A program made the position numbers and the translations under genes. The notes under the pieces were generated by a model that did not search any database, was not told the DNA's origin, and saw only the letters and a list, made by a program, of their open reading frames with translations. Of a DNA stretch of 64,000 nt, positions 57,490-64,000 are shown piece by piece. The stretch comes from Marinicella sp. (GTDB taxonomy: Bacteria; Pseudomonadota; Gammaproteobacteria; Xanthomonadales; Marinicellaceae): assembly GCA_965230295.1 (NCBI GenBank), contig OZ246001.1, positions 800,001 through 864,000 on the forward strand, in the 5' to 3' direction. The first letter of the stretch is position 1; each line of letters opens with the position of its first letter.

Positions 57490-59626
57490 CATTTTCTTCT
57501 GTTTCAATTTTATTTACCTTTATGGGCTGTAAGCCACGGAATTTTTTGGCATATTCTCTGGTCACCAATCTGGCTTGCTCAGGGTTTTCAACCACAGTTG
57601 GCGTGATCAACAGCATCAACTCAGTGCGGTTTGATGATTTACTCTTCGACCCAAAAGCATTCCCCAGGACGGGAATCCTGCTTAACAATGGGAAACCAGA
57701 TCGAGACAGCGTTTCTGCTTCTCTGATCAAGCCACCCATCACAATGGTGTTGCCACTTTGTACAGCAATTTCAGTATTCAAAGCACGGGTCGAAATCGGC
57801 GGAGTGGTGGTACCTTCAGTAGGTGTCCCGGGAGCACTCACGTCTTGACTGATTTCCATATAGACCAATCCACCTGGGTTGACCCTTGGAGTGATGTCAA
57901 CCTGAACACCAGTCTGGATAAAACGGGTGCTGGATATGGTGCCATTGTTGACATTTCCACCGTTGTTAATGGAGCCTACATTGGTGATGGGTATTTGGTC
58001 ACCTACATTAATGGTGGCATTCTTGTTATTCAAAACCAACATGGAAGGACTTGACAACAAGGAAACCCGGCCTTCTTTCTCCAAAGCCGTTAACCTTGCT
58101 TCAGCATCGGTACCCAAGAAACTGTACGACACCAAACTCCCATTGATTCTGGCTCCTGAGGTGCTGAAATTATAAGGCACATCTTTGGGTTCAGGATTCA
58201 CGCTGTCGCCACCATCTATCTCACTGGAACCATCACCAAACAACAAATCCATGCCATATGAAATCGAATCATCCAAAGTCACTTCGATGATTTTCAGTTC
58301 AACCAAGACCTGTAGTGGCTCAATATCTAACCGTTGAATCGCTGATAAGATTTTTTCATAATCAACAACCCCGGCCTTGATCAACAGTTGATTAGAGTCT
58401 TCAATGGCAGAAATGAAAATGTCGTTGATGCCCGAGCCAGCTGTATTGGTGGCCCTGCGCCGATTGGTGTTGGTGCTTTTCGCGCCACTTGAACTGACTT
58501 CTTTGCCTTGAGCACCTGGCGCCACGGAGCCGCCACTGGCTTTTCGAGATGAACTGGAGCCACTGCTGCCTCCAAACACATCATTCAGATAAGCAGCCAA
58601 ATCGTCCGCTTTGATGTTTTTCACACTGTAGACATATAAATTAGACGCCCCGTCTGCATCAGCACGATCCAACCGTTCTATCCATTTTTTGGCCTGATGT
58701 AAATAATCTTCTTGAGGCGTGATGACCATCACTGCGTTCAAGCGTTCTAATGGCAAAAACCGAAACATACCAGCCAAGGGATTGTCTGCCCCTTCGCCAA
58801 ACAAGGCTTCTAACTCAACCAAAATATCCGCTGACTCAACTTGCTTCAGGTAAAAGATTCCGGTAGACATGCCTGCCAACCAATCCACATCAAATATTTC
58901 AATGGTATCTAAGTAGTTGGTTAATTCGCTGTTGGTTCCAGATAAAAACAAAATATTTCTGGCATTGTCCGCTTTGACCACTGCGCCATCTTTGGCATAT
59001 GGCTCCAAAATCTTTTCCATCTCAGTGGGTGACACATAAGTCATAGGCACGGCCAAAACTTGATAGCCGCCACCTTGAGTGACGCGGTTTAACTTGGGTG
59101 TCAACAAGCCTTTAATCGCTTGTTTTTCTGGCAGCACATGATAACGATCTTCAACCATCACCAATGCAGCATTGTTCCAACTCAACATCATTTCCAAAAT
59201 AGGGATGATTTGTTTCTTGGAAACCGGCTTGGCAGTGGCAAAGGTTACTTTCCCGTTAACCCCAGGAGCGATCACATAATTTTCTTTCAAGACCTCCCCT
59301 AAAATAAAATGCACAACAGCCTGTAATGATTCCCCTTCAAAGTTAAAAGTCACAGCTCCTTGCTCTGAAACAGTGGGCCTTGATCGGGTGGCTGCATCGT
59401 AATTGATGAATTCGCCGGTTCCTGGATACAAGTCCTCTTTGGTGTCACGCTTGACAGACTCTTCCCCACTGTTGAACACTTCACCTGAGTAAATGGTTGA
59501 TTCCACACCTTCTAAATAGTCAGAATTGTCCAGTTCTCTACTGAGGTCTTTAGGTTGAGTCACACAACCACTGACGGTGATTGCCAGCAAGCTTAAAACC
59601 ATTAAGTTGTTACGTTTTTTTATCAT
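57482..59626 (-). CDS. gspD: Type II secretion secretin, XpsD-type lipoprotein
   Basis: VSGC lipobox, FNFEGESLQAVV..ILG, IFDVDWLAGMS, QVLVE..IIEV, A.INVGDQIP, TG....TPRVN, P.LS.IP.LG..F, RTEL...ITP. Confidence 0.95.
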   Translation of the reverse strand: MIKKRNNLMVLSLLAITVSGCVTQPKDLSRELDNSDYLEGVESTIYSGEVFNSGEESVKRDTKEDLYPGTGEFINYDAATRSRPTVSEQGAVTFNFEGESLQAVVHFILGEVLKENYVIAPGVNGKVTFATAKPVSKKQIIPILEMMLSWNNAALVMVEDRYHVLPEKQAIKGLLTPKLNRVTQGGGYQVLAVPMTYVSPTEMEKILEPYAKDGAVVKADNARNILFLSGTNSELTNYLDTIEIFDVDWLAGMSTGIFYLKQVESADILVELEALFGEGADNPLAGMFRFLPLERLNAVMVITPQEDYLHQAKKWIERLDRADADGASNLYVYSVKNIKADDLAAYLNDVFGGSSGSSSSRKASGGSVAPGAQGKEVSSSGAKSTNTNRRRATNTAGSGINDIFISAIEDSNQLLIKAGVVDYEKILSAIQRLDIEPLQVLVELKIIEVTLDDSISYGMDLLFGDGSSEIDGGDSVNPEPKDVPYNFSTSGARINGSLVSYSFLGTDAEARLTALEKEGRVSLLSSPSMLVLNNKNATINVGDQIPITNVGSINNGGNVNNGTISSTRFIQTGVQVDITPRVNPGGLVYMEISQDVSAPGTPTEGTTTPPISTRALNTEIAVQSGNTIVMGGLIREAETLSRSGFPLLSRIPVLGNAFGSKSKSSNRTELMLLITPTVVENPEQARLVTREYAKKFRGLQPIKVNKIETEENDE

Positions 59627-60333
59627 TGTTTATTTCCTTTCGCGGCATTTGCCCTCATTTGCGCCCTGCGCTCAGCTATTTTCTTTCTGATTTCCTCAGC
59701 ACTGTTTTTTTGTGCTTTTTGCTTATTTGAGTCAGACTTGTTCTTATTCTTTCCATTGTTTTTACCTTTGTTGTTTCTGCCCTTATTTTTGGCTGCATTC
59801 CTTGTCGCTTTGCCCAGCTGGCCACTGAAGACTTCAAGTTCCAACTCAACAGGCTCCTCTCCTTCTGCAACAAATGTAACTGCCCTTGGTTTGATGTCAC
59901 CAACCACCCACAATCCTTGATCTCCAGGCAAAGGCATGCCTTGTTTTAAAGTAATGCGCTCTCGACTTAATTCATCAAAAACCATGGCATAACTGTTTTC
60001 CTCCGTGATGATGATACTGGTCACTTTGGCTTTCAAAGGTTCAGCTTCTATCTCAGGTTCTTTTTCTTCCACTTCAAGATCCTCTGGCGGAGCCACATAA
60101 GGGGTGCGATCCATACTGAACAAAGGTGCATCTGTAATTTGCACAATGGCCTTGTCATCAATCACGGCAGTTTCGACATCTTCAACATCCAGCTTATTCA
60201 ATGTTGAAGCATCAAAAACTTCTGCTTCAAGTGACGCAGTTCCACGCCCCCAACCAAACATCTGCATGGCAGCCAACAACAGCAAAATGCCAATCAAAAC
60301 CAGCAATGTATTGGTGAATAAATTATTTTTCAT
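59623..60333 (-). CDS. gspN: Type II secretion protein N (XpsN, GspC-like)
   Basis: Single N-terminal TM, PLFS.DR.P, position between gspM and gspD. Lys/Asn-rich linker and IR.KI.ERRAQMR tail. Confidence 0.75.
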   Translation of the reverse strand: MKNNLFTNTLLVLIGILLLLAAMQMFGWGRGTASLEAEVFDASTLNKLDVEDVETAVIDDKAIVQITDAPLFSMDRTPYVAPPEDLEVEEKEPEIEAEPLKAKVTSIIITEENSYAMVFDELSRERITLKQGMPLPGDQGLWVVGDIKPRAVTFVAEGEEPVELELEVFSGQLGKATRNAAKNKGRNNKGKNNGKNKNKSDSNKQKAQKNSAEEIRKKIAERRAQMRANAAKGNKQ

Positions 60334-60934
60334 CGTCTTTTTCAATTGGATTTTTTAAATACGCATACAAATCAAATCGAATCTCTAAATTTTCTGGGGC
60401 TGCTTGAGCGGCGTTTTTGCGATAGCGATTAACATTGCGAGATTCAACCCGCAAATCGCTGACAAACAAAGAAGGGGTGTTCTCTTCTATCAACTCAACA
60501 ATTTTGACAAAGATTTCATATTGGCAGCGCATTCTAACACGCAAAGTAATTTTTTCAAATTGCTCAGGCTCTCTGTCTTGGGTGGGTGATTGGCTGACAA
60601 TTTGACATTTGGCGGTTTCATCGGTTTGTTGATTCACGATGTTCTTAAAAATTGAAGTGATCTCAGCATTGCCTAAGTTTTTTGAATCCGCTTGTAAAAA
60701 CTCATTGTTTGAGCCCACTGCTTTTTTGACATCATCCAATAGTTTTCGCAAATCCGGAGTTTTGGCCGCTTCATTGATGTACTGCTGTCGCGACTCATTC
60801 AATGAAGTGATTTCTTCATTCAAATCTGCATGAGCCACAAAAAACCAATGAAAAAACAAAAAGTATACTGTCGTCAACACCAACAACAAAACCAAAATGG
60901 CAGACCACCGACTGACCCTGGGATCAAGATTCAT
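60323..60934 (-). CDS. gspM: Type II secretion protein M
   Basis: TM plus coiled coil plus VRMRC, IE...P.LFV..L, L...FDL.AYL. Synteny. Confidence 0.85.
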   Translation of the reverse strand: MNLDPRVSRWSAILVLLLVLTTVYFLFFHWFFVAHADLNEEITSLNESRQQYINEAAKTPDLRKLLDDVKKAVGSNNEFLQADSKNLGNAEITSIFKNIVNQQTDETAKCQIVSQSPTQDREPEQFEKITLRVRMRCQYEIFVKIVELIEENTPSLFVSDLRVESRNVNRYRKNAAQAAPENLEIRFDLYAYLKNPIEKDDEK

Positions 60935-62075
60935 TGCCTGTCTCCTCTTCATTGTTGTCTTTAAAATCAGACCTGATGGTGAACTTTTCTTTGTTGGTTC
61001 GTGGGTCCTGGGTCACGTTGCCAATAATTTCAGGTTCATGCCACATGGTTGATTGATTTAAAATAGGAATCAAAGCATTTGCATTGTCTGACTGTCCTAC
61101 CACTTCTAACCGTTCTTTATCTATCATGATTCGAGTCAAGTAAGTATTCATCGGAATTTTTCGGGTCAGTTCATTGAACATCAACAAGCGACTTGGGGTG
61201 TTCTTTTTGAGGTTGCCTAAGAAATTGGCTGCTTGAATGGACTCATTCAACTGGTTTTCAATCAGCTTGGCCCTTCTGGCATCTTTTCGTAATTCAGTGA
61301 CCTGGGATTCCAATGACTCAATCTTGACTTTCTTATTATCCAAAGACGAGTACATCACAAACCACAACAACACCAAGGCGACCACAGTCAAACCGGCATT
61401 CCATTTTATACTGGTCCAATCTTTTTTCTTGCGGACTTCCTTAGGCAGTATATTGATACCCAAGGCTTGAGGTGCTTCTTGGCTACCCATATTGACATCA
61501 ATACCAGACAATTGAACCCCTTTGGCTTCAAACAAAGCAACCAATGCATGTAAATCCTGCTTCTTAATGGCGCAGATGGTTATGGGGAATTTCTCACTGC
61601 CTTCAACCATTTCTCCTTTGATGTAAGCGAACACCACATCTTCTGCTTTGAACGGTATGTACTTATCCAATTCAAATGTCAACACAGATTCAATGTCATT
61701 AACTATAGCCACAGGCATGGCAACATTGCGAACCAATACTTTAGACTCATCCAATAAACAAGTGACTTCGGTGGCCAATTCAGCGGTGGCTAAATGGTGA
61801 TTCAACTGATGCCACCATTCTTTTCCTTCAACAGAATCATCAAAAGTCAGTGTGTTCATGGCACCACCTTCCTGTTGCCAAATTTTGACGTCTTCATCTT
61901 TACCCTGAGTATCGGTTAAAAACAGAGCCAATGATCTGGGAAACAATGTGGCTTGGTATTCATTGGGAACCATGGCCTTGAGTTCACTTGTCCACCAAAC
62001 CATAAATGCATGGATGCTTGATTCGTGATACCACTGCACCATGGGTTCAGTAAATTTTTCTATATAAGTTGTCAT
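60924..62075 (-). CDS. gspL: Type II secretion protein L (PilN domain)
   Basis: F..WW..EL, L.FELDK..PF....V, GINILP, TM, ELT..IP..TYL, G.S..A..LI..L. Confidence 0.87.
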   Translation of the reverse strand: MTTYIEKFTEPMVQWYHESSIHAFMVWWTSELKAMVPNEYQATLFPRSLALFLTDTQGKDEDVKIWQQEGGAMNTLTFDDSVEGKEWWHQLNHHLATAELATEVTCLLDESKVLVRNVAMPVAIVNDIESVLTFELDKYIPFKAEDVVFAYIKGEMVEGSEKFPITICAIKKQDLHALVALFEAKGVQLSGIDVNMGSQEAPQALGINILPKEVRKKKDWTSIKWNAGLTVVALVLLWFVMYSSLDNKKVKIESLESQVTELRKDARRAKLIENQLNESIQAANFLGNLKKNTPSRLLMFNELTRKIPMNTYLTRIMIDKERLEVVGQSDNANALIPILNQSTMWHEPEIIGNVTQDPRTNKEKFTIRSDFKDNNEEETGNES

Positions 62076-62953
62076 TTGTGCTCGTTATCTCTCCAACGTA
62101 CCACCCGATAGGGTCGTCCTTGTAAATTACCACCCATTCTGATGGTGGCATCAATTTGGGCAAATTGTTTGTTTGGTAATGTCGCCTTGCTGATGATGCT
62201 GAAAGTTGTTCCGCCTCCCCTGAACTGACCAGAATATCCTTCAGCCAGAAGCGGCAACTCCATATTGACATCATCGATGTTGTGTCTTTCTGTTAAGTAG
62301 TTATCGGCCATGTCTGCCGTTATGCCATCAATCGACATCAACACTTCTTTAGGAGCGAATGCCAGGTTGATGTTTTTCCTGCCAGAATAAACTGTCAAAG
62401 CCGGTTCGATTTTTTTATAAAGCTCGTAACTGATGTCCATCACTTGGATCAATTCAGGCACAGTATCAAAAGGCGCATCCTTCGCACCATGTTGATAACC
62501 AGCTGCAAAATAATCCCCATCTTCGGCACCGGCTAATCGAATTTCTTCATCGGCATCTTTCCAATCAAGAATTTTATCAACCAATCCAATCGCTTCATCA
62601 TAATCGATGCCTACTGAGGCAAACAAACCAATCAAAAGTTCCTCTCCAGCTTGGTTCAAATCAATTTTACCTGATTCGTCAGTCACCTGAATTTCAATTT
62701 GGGCCCCTTCCAATTCGAACTTGTGCACCCGGCCATCAGCAATCCACCTTGTTTCAGGATCAGGGTTTCTGAGCTCGTACACTGTTCTGTTTAATCCGGC
62801 TTCTGCCAAAAACCTGGCTTGGGTTTCATTGAACAAAATACGTGACTGTAAACTTTCTGTCCTGGCGGACAAAGCAAAACTACCCGCAATGACACTCATC
62901 AACAAAGCCACCCACAAGACCAGGACCAATGCAATGCCATGCTGCTTGTTCAT
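62072..62953 (-). CDS. gspK: Type II secretion minor pseudopilin K
   Basis: G/IALVLVLW prepilin site, A...AEAG, DESGKIDLN, ILDW.D, F....EL..V, ININ-like NINLA. Confidence 0.93.
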   Translation of the reverse strand: MNKQHGIALVLVLWVALLMSVIAGSFALSARTESLQSRILFNETQARFLAEAGLNRTVYELRNPDPETRWIADGRVHKFELEGAQIEIQVTDESGKIDLNQAGEELLIGLFASVGIDYDEAIGLVDKILDWKDADEEIRLAGAEDGDYFAAGYQHGAKDAPFDTVPELIQVMDISYELYKKIEPALTVYSGRKNINLAFAPKEVLMSIDGITADMADNYLTERHNIDDVNMELPLLAEGYSGQFRGGGTTFSIISKATLPNKQFAQIDATIRMGGNLQGRPYRVVRWRDNEHK

Positions 62954-63651
62954 TGAGTATCTCCAGCTGTTCTGCGGTTATTCTGCAACATGTTTAAGGT
63001 ACTGTTTCTGCGTCGGCTTGATGTACTTGAACCATCAACCTGTACAGCCACCTGAAGCAGCGGCCAACGCTCTTTTGCGGACCGCTGCATTTCCAAATCA
63101 AGCTGCACCATCAATGGCATAGCCATTGGGTTTTCCAGTTCATTGACCCACTCTGTTGGCAAGCCTTCTTCATCCACTTCGATGAAGGCAAATGCGCCAT
63201 CTCTTATGTTTTCTAACAACACAATGGGCTCTGCTGTATCAAAGGCGGATTGCTCATCCTCGTCGTCATAATTACTGACCAGCCCGTGGGTAAACTGTAA
63301 CAGTTTGCCGCCATCGGCATTAACCAATTCAAGCTTTTGTATGTGAGGGCCGCCAGAACCAAGGTAACCTGGCATTTGTGCCACAAAGGTGATCGAATTT
63401 TCATCACCCATAAATTTCAGCAGTTCACCTTCATCTGAGAAAGCCACGCCAATACCCATGGCCCTGGATATTTGGTGTCGAATGATGCCCTGAATGACTC
63501 GCATTTCATTGATGGCAGTGATCCGCTGCTCACCTTTTTCAGCCGTTCTGCGACCTGAGTCTATACCTGAAAAGATCATGGCCATGATCATGGCCAACAG
63601 TGTAAACACCACAATCACTTCTATTAAAGTAAAACCAGCGTTGCGTTTCAT
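62950..63651 (-). CDS. gspJ: Type II secretion minor pseudopilin J
   Basis: G/FTLIE N-methylation site, FVA.MPGYLG.GGP. Synteny. Confidence 0.9.
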   Translation of the reverse strand: MKRNAGFTLIEVIVVFTLLAMIMAMIFSGIDSGRRTAEKGEQRITAINEMRVIQGIIRHQISRAMGIGVAFSDEGELLKFMGDENSITFVAQMPGYLGSGGPHIQKLELVNADGGKLLQFTHGLVSNYDDEDEQSAFDTAEPIVLLENIRDGAFAFIEVDEEGLPTEWVNELENPMAMPLMVQLDLEMQRSAKERWPLLQVAVQVDGSSTSSRRRNSTLNMLQNNRRTAGDTQ

Positions 63652-64000
63652 TTGCCCAATCCTTGTGCTTCAGAGTAATCTGGGGTCATGGCCTTGAGGG
63701 TGAAAAAGTCGACACTGCGGCGATTGTCATGCCCGTCAAACCAACTCAATGTCAATTTAACTTTAAACAATTCCACTGGAGCAAAATCCATTTCCACATT
63801 GCCTTCGTATGGCACATCATAAGGCTGGATCACCACATCCCAGTCCACATCTTCTTCAAAGCTTCCAGAAACAGAACCTTCTTCAACGGGTATGATCAAT
63901 CCCACTTCATCCATTTTACTTTGGGCCAACAAGGCAATTTTAGAACGCTCTGAAGATTTAATGGTGTTGGTACTGGAATTGGATAAAATTTCCAACACCA
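63648..64000 (-). CDS. gspI: Type II secretion minor pseudopilin I, 5' end outside window
   Basis: A.L.AQSKMDE.G, EG...G.F....W, L....L...W. Directly upstream of gspJ with ATGA overlap. Confidence 0.8.
   Translation of the reverse strand, partial: VLEILSNSSTNTIKSSERSKIALLAQSKMDEVGLIIPVEEGSVSGSFEEDVDWDVVIQPYDVPYEGNVEMDFAPVELFKVKLTLSWFDGHDNRRSVDFFTLKAMTPDYSEAQGLGK

Noticed and set aside
59690-59800. Lys/Asn-rich quasi-repeat in gspN (KNKGRNNKGKNNGKNKNK)
   Set aside because: Low-complexity linker in a coding region, not a DNA repeat array.
1-64000. CRISPR arrays, tRNA/rRNA, IS elements, integrases, prophage and defence genes
   Set aside because: None seen. Intergenic gaps are short and lack regularly spaced repeats, cloverleaf signatures or transposase ORFs.

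Overview
Gene-dense chromosomal window (GC in the low-to-mid 40s by eye) from a gammaproteobacterium. The Xps-type T2SS gene order, IPTL-CTERM protein and many secreted peptidases suggest a marine Xanthomonadales-related lineage such as Marinicella, which is an inference only. No rRNA, tRNA, CRISPR array or mobile element was seen. Contents from left to right: 7TM-GGDEF cyclase (5' truncated); ilvE; a seven-gene pantothenate/CoA operon (panG-like, panB, panC, split coaC and coaB, coaX, panD) with a structured two-state 5' leader; marC; bamD/rluD/pgeF; RND pump; oxyR; pepN; tatABC; an IPTL-CTERM surface protein; TetR/fadE with two operator palindromes; an atypical short glnE; an orphan TRAP binding protein; pssA; a GAF-PP2C-HATPase fusion; S9 peptidase; metG; rnfABCDGE; a small accessory patch; lpoA-yraN-dolP; rsmI. 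The last 17 kb (47007-64000, all on the minus strand) is the most interesting part. It runs T2SS gspI-J-K-L-M-N-D, a lipoprotein, a very highly expressed secreted S-layer-like protein, a Cys-rich repeat surface protein, a degenerate parvulin chaperone, wzm/wzt, GT2, a methyltransferase, a PqqD/RRE-like domain fused to a GT-A glycosyltransferase, and another GT2. This is a candidate integrated S-layer secretion, folding and glycan-anchoring system. All family calls come from motif recognition by eye; no searches were run.
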